Source: Alphaproteobacteria bacterium
Lineage (GTDB): Bacteria; Pseudomonadota; Alphaproteobacteria; UBA6615
Reading direction: 5' to 3'
Length of the DNA stretch: 64,000 nucleotides
NCBI GenBank assembly: GCA_021774445.1
Contig: JAJFJA010000005.1
Span: 73,790 to 137,789 of the forward strand
A model generated the notes under the pieces. It made no database searches. It had not been told where the DNA came from and worked only from the letters and a program-made list of their open reading frames with translations. A program made the position numbers and the translations under genes. The number at the start of each line of letters is the position of its first letter. The stretch's first letter is position 1. Shown in pieces: positions 46,077 to 56,384 of this stretch.

Positions 46077-47453
46077 TCACGCGGACCACGGGGAGGTAAA
46101 GTTGGTCTTTTCCGGGCCGTCGGGCCGAATACCCGATTTTTTTGGATCGGCGTGCTTTTCGAAAAACGCCGTTAGTTGATCCGATAGTTGCGCGATGCGT
46201 GACTGGTGTTCGGGTTCGGCCGCAAGATTGATTACTTCCTGCGGATCGTCCCGCAGATCGAACAGCTCGTCCGGACCGTCAGGATAGCGTTTTACCAACT
46301 TGTAGCGCGGTGTCCTGACCATGCGCACCGGGCCGTATTCGCCAAACTGAACTTGCCGCCACGGCGCGGGAAGAAGTTCATTGGTTAGGAGCGGCAAGAA
46401 ACTCTTTCCGGGATACGTATCCGAAATTTCTGCCGGCGCTTTGGTACCGGCAAACGCCATCAATGTTTGGAAGAGATCGAGATGATCGACGAACTCCGGC
46501 CGTCGCTGTCCGGAAAACAGCGCCTCTCCCGGATGGTGAAAGATCATCGGAATGCGGATGCTCTCCTCAACCATATTCAGGGGCATTGTGCCGTTTCCCT
46601 TACCCCAAATACCGTGATGGCCACAGCAAAGACCATGATCCGATGTATAGACGATCAGGGTCTCGTCGATGAGACCAAGCGCGTCCAATTCATCCAGTAG
46701 CCGGCCGACCGCCTCATCGAGGCTGGAAACCGCGGCATAGTATTGCACCAAGCCCTCACGCGCCTCCGTACGCGACATGAGTTCGGCAGACTCCAGATTT
46801 TGCCGCCCGAACGGATATGCCGATCCCGTCTGGAAGTCCAACAAGTCACGATGGCGATAGTGCTGCACCAGGCGCTCGGGGTGATCGGACCAGGGGCTGT
46901 GGGTTGCGGTATGACCAACAAATAGAAAGAAGGGTCGATCGGTCTTGCGGTTGTGCAGAAATCCGACGGCCTGGTCTGTAATGATTTGCGATTTGAAACC
47001 AGAAAGGCTCTTGATCTCTCCGTTAAGGCTATATTGGTACGTCCCCTTCGCCGTGATCGGATAGTCGCCGTTCAGGGCAAACCAGTGATCGAACCCCGGA
47101 TGGGGGATGACGTCGTTGCCCAAGTGCCACTTACCCGACAAAGCCACTTCATAGCCGTCGCGCTGCAGCATCTCCGGCAAAGTGACCTCATTTTCGAGCC
47201 ACCGCCTGGTGCCGAAGTCCTCGGCGTTGGCGATGTAGTCATGCAATCCGTGCTGGGATGCCAGCCGGCCGGTCAGAAAGCAGGCGCGCGCCGGCGAACA
47301 GACGGGTGTCGGCGTGAAGGCGTTCTCCATCACGACGCCGGTGTTGGCCAAGTAGTTTAGAGTTGGGGTGTGCAGGTCTCTGTTGCCGTAGGCAGGCAAC
47401 GCCCACTGGCCGTGATCGTCGTTAAAGATAACAACAATGTTTTTGCCTGGCAT
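46077..47453 (-). CDS. Sulfatase (arylsulfatase family, formylglycine-dependent)
   Basis: CSPAR (C-x-P-x-R) FGly motif, FNDDHGQ and GKWHLG motifs. Confidence 0.9.
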   Translation of the reverse strand: MPGKNIVVIFNDDHGQWALPAYGNRDLHTPTLNYLANTGVVMENAFTPTPVCSPARACFLTGRLASQHGLHDYIANAEDFGTRRWLENEVTLPEMLQRDGYEVALSGKWHLGNDVIPHPGFDHWFALNGDYPITAKGTYQYSLNGEIKSLSGFKSQIITDQAVGFLHNRKTDRPFFLFVGHTATHSPWSDHPERLVQHYRHRDLLDFQTGSAYPFGRQNLESAELMSRTEAREGLVQYYAAVSSLDEAVGRLLDELDALGLIDETLIVYTSDHGLCCGHHGIWGKGNGTMPLNMVEESIRIPMIFHHPGEALFSGQRRPEFVDHLDLFQTLMAFAGTKAPAEISDTYPGKSFLPLLTNELLPAPWRQVQFGEYGPVRMVRTPRYKLVKRYPDGPDELFDLRDDPQEVINLAAEPEHQSRIAQLSDQLTAFFEKHADPKKSGIRPDGPEKTNFTSPWSA

Positions 47454-47465
47454 GAACCGGCCCCG

Positions 47466-48284
47466 TCAATATTTGGCGCTGGCGCGCACATAGCGGCCGA
47501 TCGCATGTTTGCCGACCATCTTCCAGGCATAGTCCGTAAGCAAGCCGAAGAAGCCGAGCAGGAAGATGCCGACGAACATCCAGTCAATTTTGAAGTAGAG
47601 CTTTGACGTCCAGATCAGAAAACCGAGACCCGATTCCGCCGCGAGCATTTCCACGGCGACTATGACCAGAAATGACGACGCGAGCGCCAGCCGCATCCCG
47701 ACATAGATCGAGGGCATGGCGGCCGGTACCGTAACACGCCAGAATATCTGCATAACCGACGCGCCAAATGTTTGCGCGGCAAGTTTCTTATTCTGATGGA
47801 TCGTGACGACGCCGGTGGCCGTGTTGATCATCACGATGAACGACGTGGCATACATGACCAACAGGATCTTGGATAACTCTCCAACGCCGAACCAGACAAT
47901 GAATAGGGTGACCAGTGCAATCGCCGGAATGAAGCGCAGGAAATGGATATACGGATCAATGATCCGTTTCGCGGTCATGAAACTGCCGACCATGAGTCCG
48001 ATCGGAATAGCAACCAAACTGCCGAGGGCCCAACCGACGAGAATTCGTGTGAGGCTAATGCTGACATGCTTCAGCAGAAGGCCCTGCTGGTGCAACTCCA
48101 CAGCGCCGGCAAATATCGCCGAAACGGATGGCAGAAAAAACGGGTCAATGAAATTCCTAGCCGCGACCTCCCATATCAACAGCCCACACACCACGGCGGC
48201 CGGCGACACAAGATTGCCTCCGGATAATCCGAAAAACCGGGGCCCGCGGTTGGCAGGGCGCTCGGCATGATCCGCTAGATCCAT
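47466..48284 (-). CDS. ABC transporter permease, NitT/TauT (sulfonate/sulfate-ester) family, AtsB-like
   Basis: 272 aa, 6 TM, BPD_transp_1. Confidence 0.85.
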   Translation of the reverse strand: MDLADHAERPANRGPRFFGLSGGNLVSPAAVVCGLLIWEVAARNFIDPFFLPSVSAIFAGAVELHQQGLLLKHVSISLTRILVGWALGSLVAIPIGLMVGSFMTAKRIIDPYIHFLRFIPAIALVTLFIVWFGVGELSKILLVMYATSFIVMINTATGVVTIHQNKKLAAQTFGASVMQIFWRVTVPAAMPSIYVGMRLALASSFLVIVAVEMLAAESGLGFLIWTSKLYFKIDWMFVGIFLLGFFGLLTDYAWKMVGKHAIGRYVRASAKY

Positions 48285-49051
48285 ACCTTTATCACCTCTT
48301 CCTCGATATCGCCTGAGATGCGTTCAAGCAATTCGATATAGATTGGATCGCTCTGCCGACGCGGATAGGGCATCGGCACGTCATAGATGTGCTTGATCCC
48401 GGCGGCGGGACCAGCGGACATCAAGACGATGCGCTGACCCAGATTGAGCGCTTCTCGGATATCATGGGTCACGTACACCGCCGTGCCACCGATTTCAGTC
48501 CAAATGCTTACCATCTGGTTTTGCAGCATATGGCGGGTCTGAGCATCCAGCGAGGCGAAAGGCTCGTCCATCAACATGATGGAGGGCCGCATGGCGAGCA
48601 TGCGGGCGATCTGTACGCGCTGCTTCATCCCTCCGGACAACTCGTCCGGATATTTGCGCACATGATTCAGCAGATTGACCATACGCAAAGCTTCCTCGCG
48701 ACGGACCTCCCGCTCGGCCCGCGGAACCCCGCTAACCCGCAAACCGAATTCGACATTCTCGCCGACCGTCAACCACTCATAGAGCGAGCTTTCCAAGTCC
48801 TGAAACACCATGCCGCGGTCCCTGCCGGGCCCCTTTACCGGTGCACCATCGATTTTCAGGGAGCCGCTCGTCGCCTGGTCGAACCCGGCAATCAACCGTA
48901 GCAACGTGGACTTGCCACACCCGCTCGGGCCCACGAGAACCAGGTACTCGCCGTCTTGTATCTCGAGATCAATGTCACTGAGGATGAGTGGTTTCGGCCG
49001 CCCGATGGGGGCATCATACGCAAAGGCGATGGATTCCATGGCGATGGTCAT
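48275..49051 (-). CDS. ABC transporter ATP-binding protein, NitT/TauT family, AtsC-like
   Basis: Walker A GPSGCGKST, signature LSGGMKQRVQIARML, Walker B LLMDEPFASLD. Confidence 0.9.
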   Translation of the reverse strand: MTIAMESIAFAYDAPIGRPKPLILSDIDLEIQDGEYLVLVGPSGCGKSTLLRLIAGFDQATSGSLKIDGAPVKGPGRDRGMVFQDLESSLYEWLTVGENVEFGLRVSGVPRAEREVRREEALRMVNLLNHVRKYPDELSGGMKQRVQIARMLAMRPSIMLMDEPFASLDAQTRHMLQNQMVSIWTEIGGTAVYVTHDIREALNLGQRIVLMSAGPAAGIKHIYDVPMPYPRRQSDPIYIELLERISGDIEEEVIKVWI

Positions 49052-49122
49052 GGCGGTGTCCGATCCTTCGACCCGCGTCGAGTGCCTGCTCGCGGCACCC
49101 GACGCGGGAGCGTTTCACGCGG

Positions 49123-50121
49123 TTAATTCAGCGACTCAACAATGTTTGCGTCAGGCACCGCCTCCCTGAGTACCTCAAGATCGAACTGATCCGCAAAGTC
49201 ATAGGGTTGGTCAATCACGCCCTGATCGACCAAGAAGTCGTACTTCGCTTTCAGCGATGCCATGGCGCTCTCTTCGAAGCTCAAGGCGTAACGCTGACCT
49301 TCAATCACCGGCTTGATCTTGCCCGCGTCTCCGGCGACGCCTTCCGCGACGATTCTCGCCGCTTCATCCAGATCGTTCTTGACGACGGCACCGGCCTTGG
49401 CGAGTGCTCTCAAGGTCGCCAGTACGGTGTCGCGGTTGCCGGCTAGATAATCTTTCGAGACCACCAGCAGGGCAACCGTAGACTGGTTGACCACGCTGTC
49501 GTCGACCTCGAAGCGAAAATCTTTGCTGTCGGCCATTTGCTCTACACCCTGACCCCAGATCCAGGCCGCATCGACGCGATTAGCCTTCATCGCGCCGACA
49601 ATCTCGAACAAACTCGCCAGCCCGACAAAGTCGACATCGCTATCGGGATCGACGCCATTGTCCTGTAAATGAACGCGGGTGACGAACTCCTGCGCAGTGC
49701 CGGTTGCGACGGCGATCTTCTTGCCTTTCAGGTCGCTGGGAGAGGCATAATCGTTCTTTACATACAGCTTGTGCCAGCCTGGCTTGGGCATGCCAATCAC
49801 TGCCGGCGAGGCGAGCTTGCCGGAGGTAAAACGGCTCAGCATCGGCATGTCTATGATGACGCCGAAATCCGCCTGTCCAGCCAGCACCGCGTCTACGGTG
49901 TCCACCCCATAGGAGAATGTGAGCAACGTGGCGTCGACATTCTCCTCCTCGAAGTAGCCCTTGGCTTCAGCGACCCGGATCAATGTGCCGAGCACGAAAC
50001 CGTCGACCGCGAAGCGGGCCGTCACCTCAGCCGACGATGCCGGTGTGATGGTGACGATCGCGGCGCTGAAACCAACCGCCAGCGCTGCTAGCCGTTTCCC
50101 TATTGTCTTCGAAATTACCAC
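49123..50121 (-). CDS. ABC transporter substrate-binding protein, NMT1/SsuA/AtsR-like
   Basis: Periplasmic SBP with signal peptide. The track start at 50286 is rejected; GTG at 50121 follows a strong SD AAAGGAGGAG. Confidence 0.8.
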   Translation of the reverse strand: MVISKTIGKRLAALAVGFSAAIVTITPASSAEVTARFAVDGFVLGTLIRVAEAKGYFEEENVDATLLTFSYGVDTVDAVLAGQADFGVIIDMPMLSRFTSGKLASPAVIGMPKPGWHKLYVKNDYASPSDLKGKKIAVATGTAQEFVTRVHLQDNGVDPDSDVDFVGLASLFEIVGAMKANRVDAAWIWGQGVEQMADSKDFRFEVDDSVVNQSTVALLVVSKDYLAGNRDTVLATLRALAKAGAVVKNDLDEAARIVAEGVAGDAGKIKPVIEGQRYALSFEESAMASLKAKYDFLVDQGVIDQPYDFADQFDLEVLREAVPDANIVESLN

Positions 50122-50167
50122 TGTCTCCTCCTTTTTTCGACTTCCTCCACGAATACTAATCGGCCAA

Positions 50168-50932
50168 CTAGGCCGACCGGATGGCGCGGTCACTATGGGC
50201 CAAGCGTCGCTCGGCCTCCGCCGCCGCACGGCGAACATCGTGCAGATATTTTTTGACTTCGCTGACCGCCGGCTTAAGGCACGCAATGGCGATGACCCCC
50301 TTCACAGTGGGGCCGACGCCGCTTCGGACCGGCACCACAATTCGCGTGACAATGCTTTCCTCGCTGACAAAACAGCCGGCTTCCCGGATTTCCGCCAGGC
50401 GGTCCAGGTAGCCGGCGCACGCCTGGCCGCCGACGGTTTCCGCAATAATTTGGCGGGCCGCATTGGGGTCCTGGTGGGCTAGTAAGGTCAGACCCATGCC
50501 ATTGCTTACGAGATCGCGATTCAACGCGAAGAGCTCTATGAAATGATAGGACGACGGCATTTCCGTCTTCGCCGTCAGTGTGAACGCGTCATTGGCAAAC
50601 CGGGCAAAACAAGCCGAGTGGCCGGTCGCGTTCGCCAGATCCTGAACCACCGGCTCCAAGATCTCATGCTCGGACCAGTGCCCGACGATGTGGCGGGCCA
50701 GGGTCATCATTCGAGTGCCGACGGCGTATTCTCCGCTCGGGCCATTCTCAACCCAGCCTTCGCTCGAAAGCATCTTCAGAAGCCGCGATAGGCTCGCGGC
50801 AGACACGCCAATCGATGCGCCAAGTTCCGAAAACGAAAGCCCATCGGGTTCGCTCGCCAAGGTCTCCACCAGACTTAGCGCGCGGCGGCCAGACAGGAGT
50901 TGACTCTCACCCATCACCAAGCCAATTTTCAT
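50168..50932 (-). CDS. IclR family transcriptional regulator
   Basis: N-terminal wHTH (ALSLVETLASEPDGLSFSELGASIGVSAASLSRLLKML) plus IclR effector domain. Confidence 0.85.
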   Translation of the reverse strand: MKIGLVMGESQLLSGRRALSLVETLASEPDGLSFSELGASIGVSAASLSRLLKMLSSEGWVENGPSGEYAVGTRMMTLARHIVGHWSEHEILEPVVQDLANATGHSACFARFANDAFTLTAKTEMPSSYHFIELFALNRDLVSNGMGLTLLAHQDPNAARQIIAETVGGQACAGYLDRLAEIREAGCFVSEESIVTRIVVPVRSGVGPTVKGVIAIACLKPAVSEVKKYLHDVRRAAAEAERRLAHSDRAIRSA

Positions 50933-51083
50933 AAACGATAGTCAGTTTCATTTTTGATACTAAGTTCCCCGGCCGAGTTGGTCAAGCCCTGACCAGGGAT
51001 CCCAGCCGGGCGCGATCCGGATGGCACCGGCGAACGGAATCGTGCAGCTTGCAATCTCTGTCCGGCAAATCGGAGGCGAAAGA

Positions 51084-52523
51084 ATGAAGCAACCAAATAT
51101 TCTTTGGATTTGCACCGATCAGCAGCGTTTTGACACGTTGGGTTGCGCGGGCAATAACTTCGTCAACACGCCGCATATCGATGCGCTCGCGGCGAACTCT
51201 GCGCACCTCGAGAAATCCTACGTGCAAAGCCCAGTTTGCATGCCGAGCCGCGCGAGCTTCTTGACCGGCCGCTATCCGCGCACGACCCGGCTGCGCCAGA
51301 ACGGTCAGACTATTCCCGCCGATGAGAAACCGATCACGCGGCTCTTGGCCGAGGCCGGCTATCATTGCGGCCTGGTCGGCAAGCTGCATCTCGCACCCGC
51401 CGATCCAGCGGTAAACGTGACGATCGAAGCCCGAACCAACGATGGCTACAGCGAGTTTAGCTGGGCTGGCGACCCGCACGACAGCTGGGGGGCCTATAGC
51501 GGTTACACGAGCTTTTTGGCGGCGCGCGGTCGCAAATTCGAAACGCAAGCGCATCCGGATTGCCGTTACGTAGAAATCGGTATGCCGAAGGAAGACCACG
51601 AAACGACCTGGTGCGCGGAGCAGGCGATCGACTTCATACGCCGGCAAGCGACGTCCCCGTCACCTTGGTTGTTTTCCGTCAACATGTTCGCACCGCATCA
51701 CCCCTTCAATCCGCCGGAGAACTTTCTCCAGCGCTACCTAAGCCGCCTCGACGAAATTCCGTTGCCGGATGCGCCGAACGATGATCTCTCGACCAAGCCG
51801 GTCTATCAGGCTTTTGACTCGGAAGGTGCCTACGGTCGGACCATGCCCTACGGGCGAAATATGAGTGCGACCGATCATCGAATGGTGCGGGCCGCCTATT
51901 GGGCTATGTGCGATCTCGTGGACGAGCAGGTCGGCGCCATCCTGGCGGCGCTGGAGGAAACCGGCCAGCACGACAATACGCTCGTGATATTCATGTCCGA
52001 TCACGGTGAAATGCTGGGCGACCACGGGATATATCTCAAGGGCCCGTATTTCTACGAGCCGGCCATTCGCATCCCTCTTTTGATCCGCCTTCCGACGCGG
52101 ATACCGCCGCAGCGGCATACCGGCCTGGTCGAAATGGTTGACCTTGCCCCCACACTCGTTGATGCCTGCGGTCTTTCGGCCCAACCCGGTATGCAGGGCC
52201 GGTCGATGTGGCCGCTGCTGACCCAAAATGGGGATGCCAGCCACCACAAGAGCAGCGTGTATTGTGAATATTACAACGCCATGCCGTTCCACCGCAGCCC
52301 TACGGCCCAGCTGACGGCGCTCAGAACTAACGACCACAAGATCGTCGTCGATCATTCGCACGATGACGGCGAGCTGTACGACCTTGTCGCCGATCCATAC
52401 GAGACCCAAAACCTGTGGCGCGACCCGGCGTCTTTGCCAATCAAGGCTGAGTTGCTCACCCAACTGAGCCACCGCATGGCATACACTGTCGACCCCCTAC
52501 CGGCGCGCTTGTCGGAGTGGTGA
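51084..52523 (+). CDS. Sulfatase (formylglycine-dependent)
   Basis: CMPSR FGly motif. Start reset to the ATG at 51084 after GGAGG. Paralogous to the 46077..47453 sulfatase. Confidence 0.9.
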   Translation: MKQPNILWICTDQQRFDTLGCAGNNFVNTPHIDALAANSAHLEKSYVQSPVCMPSRASFLTGRYPRTTRLRQNGQTIPADEKPITRLLAEAGYHCGLVGKLHLAPADPAVNVTIEARTNDGYSEFSWAGDPHDSWGAYSGYTSFLAARGRKFETQAHPDCRYVEIGMPKEDHETTWCAEQAIDFIRRQATSPSPWLFSVNMFAPHHPFNPPENFLQRYLSRLDEIPLPDAPNDDLSTKPVYQAFDSEGAYGRTMPYGRNMSATDHRMVRAAYWAMCDLVDEQVGAILAALEETGQHDNTLVIFMSDHGEMLGDHGIYLKGPYFYEPAIRIPLLIRLPTRIPPQRHTGLVEMVDLAPTLVDACGLSAQPGMQGRSMWPLLTQNGDASHHKSSVYCEYYNAMPFHRSPTAQLTALRTNDHKIVVDHSHDDGELYDLVADPYETQNLWRDPASLPIKAELLTQLSHRMAYTVDPLPARLSEW

Positions 52524-52703
52524 TAATCCTTGGCTGGCGAAAGCGCCCGGTCGGCCGTGGGGGTGCTCTGCCGGGCTGAGGCACTGTGGGTTTCGGTCTG
52601 TGGTATCAAGCGGAGGTCGGGCCGACCCAGCAACTAGGGGTGTTTGGAATATGGCACGGGGCCGGGTAACCTTCGGACTTCAAAGCCAATTGGGGAATAT
52701 CAG

Positions 52704-53909
52704 ATGGCCGATCCGTTCAGCGACCAAAGCGGCTTTCCGAAACCGAGTCGGCGCCTGCGCCTCGGCTTCGTCGGCGGCGGCCAGGGTGCGCTGATTGGCG
52801 TCATCCACGCCACCGGCGCACGCATCAGTGACCGCTGGGAAGTCGTGGCTGGAACGCTGTCCGGTCGGCCGGACGTCGCGATCGCGTCAGGCAAAGACTG
52901 GTTCCTGGATGAAGACCGGGTCTATACCGACTATCGCGAGATGGCCATAAGAGAGGCGGCGCGGCCGGACGGCATTGATGCCGTCTGTATCGTCACGCCG
53001 AATGACCGCCACCACGCCATGTGCTGCGCCTTCCTCGATGCCGGCATCGATATTATCTGCGACAAGCCGCTGACCACCACACTCGACGACGCTGTGGATT
53101 TGGTCGGCCGAGCGCGCGCCGCAGGTGTCGTCTTCGGCGTGACCCACGCCTTTGCGGCCCATGCCATGGTGCGGCAAATGCGGCGGATGGTGGCCACCGG
53201 CATGCTCGGCCAACTGCGCATGGTCCATGTCCAGTATTTCGACGAGTTTCTGGCGCTGCCCGGGGCCGAGGAGTCGAAGCAGTTCGCCTGGCGGCTTGAC
53301 CCGGCCCAGTCGGGTATGGCCAGCACGACAGCCGATATCGGCACGCATGCATGGCACCTGTCGACTTTCGTCACCGGTTTGGAAATGCAACGGTTACGGG
53401 CCGAGTTCCATGTCTGTGGGCGCCCCAAGGCGATGGAGGACACCGTCTTCATGAATGTGCGGTTCGCCGGCGACGTGCCGGGGACGTTGACCGCGTCGCA
53501 GGTCGCGGCCGGCGAACGCGGCGGGTTGCACCTCCGGCTCTATGGCGACCAGGGACGCCTGGAATGGCTCCAAAGCAAGCAAGAAGAGTTGCGCTACACG
53601 CCGCTTGGGGAGGCTGAGCAAATCATAACCCGCGGTGCCGGTGCGGGCGTTTTCGATGAAACCCAACGCTATGTCACCTTGCCGCGCGGCTATGGCGAGG
53701 GCTGGCTCGAGGCGTGGGCCAATCTGTACGCCGAGCTCGCTATCGCCATCGAGGCCCGGCGAGACGATAGACCCCTGCCCGCGGGCTATGTCGAATATCC
53801 GACGGTCGAAGACGGCGCACGTGGTATTAAGTTCGTCGCGGCTGCGGTTGCCTCTAATGCGGATGGCGGCTCGTGGCAGGATTGCTCCTTAGACTTGGAC
53901 ATGGCTTGA
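52704..53909 (+). CDS. Gfo/Idh/MocA family NAD(P)-dependent oxidoreductase
   Basis: RLGFVGGGQGALIGVIH Rossmann and DIICDKPL; close paralog of the 44730..45932 gene. Start reset to the ATG at 52704. Confidence 0.85.
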   Translation: MADPFSDQSGFPKPSRRLRLGFVGGGQGALIGVIHATGARISDRWEVVAGTLSGRPDVAIASGKDWFLDEDRVYTDYREMAIREAARPDGIDAVCIVTPNDRHHAMCCAFLDAGIDIICDKPLTTTLDDAVDLVGRARAAGVVFGVTHAFAAHAMVRQMRRMVATGMLGQLRMVHVQYFDEFLALPGAEESKQFAWRLDPAQSGMASTTADIGTHAWHLSTFVTGLEMQRLRAEFHVCGRPKAMEDTVFMNVRFAGDVPGTLTASQVAAGERGGLHLRLYGDQGRLEWLQSKQEELRYTPLGEAEQIITRGAGAGVFDETQRYVTLPRGYGEGWLEAWANLYAELAIAIEARRDDRPLPAGYVEYPTVEDGARGIKFVAAAVASNADGGSWQDCSLDLDMA

Positions 53910-54088
53910 GACCCGCCGCAAACGCTGCTGTCTGGGCGTAGGATCACTGGACGCCGCCGGCGGCTCGCGCGATGGACGGGTCGCAAGCCGGCCGGCGGGC
54001 CTGACTTCAAGACCGAAGACGCTAAACAGCCATTGCGGTTTGGTTGTTGGTTCGCGTCACGTTCGCCGCATGGAGAAAATGGGTCTTA

Positions 54089-55294
54089 ATGAATCCAGCC
54101 GATCCGACAGGTGCACCAGGATCCCGGCGCGGTCTGATATTGGTGTTGGCGGGAATCTCCTCGCTGGGGCCGTTTGCCATCGATTTGTATCTGCCGGCGT
54201 TGCCGGAGATGGCACAATCGCTGGGCGCTACCGATGCCTTGATGCAGCAAACCATCACGGCGTTCCTGGCCGGCATCGCCGTCGGGGCCCTGCTGCTGGC
54301 GCCGTTGTCGGACGCGATTGGGCGGCGGCCGGTGTTGATCGGTACGGTGCTGCTGTTCGTCGTGGCAAGCGTGCTTTGCGCGATTGCAAGTTCGGCTGAA
54401 CAACTGATCTTTTTCCGCGTGCTGCAAGCCATTGGCGGCGGTGCGGCCGGCGCCATAACGCGCGCCGTGGTGCGAGATCAGGTGTCCGGAAACGCGGCGG
54501 CCCGGATGCTGTCGGTGCTGCTGCTAGTGATGTCAATTGCGCCCCTGATCGCCCCGAGTCTGGGTGGCCTGATCTTGGCCGCATGGGGCTGGGAGGCCAA
54601 TTTCCTGGCGTTAGCCGCCATCGGTACGGTCGTCGTCCTGGCCGTCGCGACCCAGCTGCCGGAGACCTTGCGGCCGGAACAGGCACAGCCATTCCGTCTG
54701 TATAGCGTGCTGCGCGGCTATGCCGAGATCCTTGGGTCCAGACGCGCGATGGCGTTCAGTTTGGCCAGTGCCTTGGCCGGCGCCGCGATGTTCAGCTACA
54801 TCGCCGCCACCCCCTTCATCTACATCGAGTTCTACGGCGTGGACCCGCAACTTTTTGGGCTGTTCTTCGGCGCCAATGTCGCTGGTGCCATGTTGCTCAA
54901 CTGGCTCAACGCGCGGTTCGTGATGCGGGTCGGTTATCAGCGCATGCTGATGCTGGCGGCGGCCGGGCTGGTGGTGCTGGGTGTGGTTCTGCTGTTCAAC
55001 ACCGTCACCGGTTTTGGCGGGTTGTGGGGGGTTGCGGCGGCGGTCTTCTTCATTGTCGGCCTGGCCCATCTCATGGGCTCCAATGGCCTAACGGGGATGA
55101 TGGAGTCGTTTGGGCATCGCGCCGGGTCGGCGACCGCGACGTTTGCCGCCTCGCGGCTGGGCGCCGGTGCCGTCGCGACGGTACTCATCGGCGTTTTGAA
55201 CGATGGCAAGCCGTGGCCCCTCGGTGTCGTGGTGATGGCCTGTGCGGTGGGCGCGGCGGTGGCAACGGTTGTCGCGCTAAGGGACAAGCGCTAG
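54089..55294 (+). CDS. MFS transporter, Bcr/CflA subfamily
   Basis: 12-TM MFS paralogous to the 32429..33673 gene. Start ATG at 54089. Confidence 0.85.
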   Translation: MNPADPTGAPGSRRGLILVLAGISSLGPFAIDLYLPALPEMAQSLGATDALMQQTITAFLAGIAVGALLLAPLSDAIGRRPVLIGTVLLFVVASVLCAIASSAEQLIFFRVLQAIGGGAAGAITRAVVRDQVSGNAAARMLSVLLLVMSIAPLIAPSLGGLILAAWGWEANFLALAAIGTVVVLAVATQLPETLRPEQAQPFRLYSVLRGYAEILGSRRAMAFSLASALAGAAMFSYIAATPFIYIEFYGVDPQLFGLFFGANVAGAMLLNWLNARFVMRVGYQRMLMLAAAGLVVLGVVLLFNTVTGFGGLWGVAAAVFFIVGLAHLMGSNGLTGMMESFGHRAGSATATFAASRLGAGAVATVLIGVLNDGKPWPLGVVVMACAVGAAVATVVALRDKR

Positions 55295-56223
55295 ATCGAG
55301 CGCGCCGCGACGACTTCAGGAAAAGCCCCGGCTTTCATGACCATGCCCGGCAGTGGGGCCGCGAAGAATTGCTCGGCCCATTGGGCTGTCTGGATGAGCT
55401 GGACCAGATCCAAGCCGACATCAAAGCCCATATTACGAAGCATGTGACAGAGATCCTCGCTGGCAATGTTGCCCGTGGCGCGCGGGGCGAAGGGGCAGCC
55501 GCCGATGCCACCGACGGACGCGTCGAACAAGCGCACGCCCTGATCCAAAGCCGCCGAGGCATTGGCGAATCCGGTATTGCGGGTGTTGTGGAAGTGGCAA
55601 CCCAAGCGGATGCCATCCGGCAGGGCATGCCGGACAACCTGTAAGACGTCGCGCACCTGGTTCGGGACGCCGGCGCCGATGGTGTCGGCGAGGATGATAT
55701 CCTGAGCGCCGGCATCCGCCAGCCGTTTGGCGATGTGAGCCACTCGGTCCGGCGCCGTATGGCCTTCAAAGGGGCAGCCGAATACGGTGCTAACGATGCC
55801 GGCGCGGCGTAGTCCGGCATCGGCGGCGCGTTGGACGCTTGCGGCATAGGCATCAAGGGTCTCCTCGATTGCCGCACCCTGGTTGCGCTGGTTGAAGGTC
55901 TCGCTGGCGGCGACCACGACCCGTAGCTCGTCGACACCGGCCTCAATAGCACGCTCAACGCCACGCAGGTTGAGTGCCAGCCCAGCGATCGTGACACCCG
56001 CCGGACGGGCGATGCGCCGCATGACCGCCTCGGCATCAGCCATCTGGGGCACGCGTTTGGGGTTGACGAAACTGACGGCCTCAAGGTGAGTGACACCGGC
56101 GCCGGTGAGCCGATCTATCAGCTCGACCCGTTCAGCCACGCTCCATAAGCGTGGCTCGCTTTGCAACCCGTCGCGGGCGCCCACTTCACAAAGATCGACA
56201 TGGTCATCGTCATCGGCTCGCAT
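55291..56223 (-). CDS. Hydroxymethylglutaryl-CoA lyase (HMGL-like family)
   Basis: EVGARDGLQ N-terminal motif and TIM-barrel DRE-TIM conservation (GCHFHNTRNTGFANASAAL). Confidence 0.85.
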   Translation of the reverse strand: MRADDDDHVDLCEVGARDGLQSEPRLWSVAERVELIDRLTGAGVTHLEAVSFVNPKRVPQMADAEAVMRRIARPAGVTIAGLALNLRGVERAIEAGVDELRVVVAASETFNQRNQGAAIEETLDAYAASVQRAADAGLRRAGIVSTVFGCPFEGHTAPDRVAHIAKRLADAGAQDIILADTIGAGVPNQVRDVLQVVRHALPDGIRLGCHFHNTRNTGFANASAALDQGVRLFDASVGGIGGCPFAPRATGNIASEDLCHMLRNMGFDVGLDLVQLIQTAQWAEQFFAAPLPGMVMKAGAFPEVVAARSI

Positions 56224-56384
56224 GGCGTGCCCTATCTATCGCCGGACAAATTTGGCTATTGCCGGGCAAGTTCGACTGATCATACCCCCTATGGGATTGC
56301 AAGGCGGCTAACGCAATCGTGCGCAACCAGCGCCGGCCCGCCGGTTATAGTATCGCCATCTAATCCCAGCAGTAGAGAGATATC

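Noticed and set aside
50933-51083. Sigma54-like TGGCAC...TTGCA and TGCA-GCT-TGCA repeats in the IclR/sulfatase divergent region
   Set aside because: TGGCAC and TTGCA are 21 nt apart rather than 5, and the TGCA arms are only 4 bp. Not convincing as a promoter or operator.
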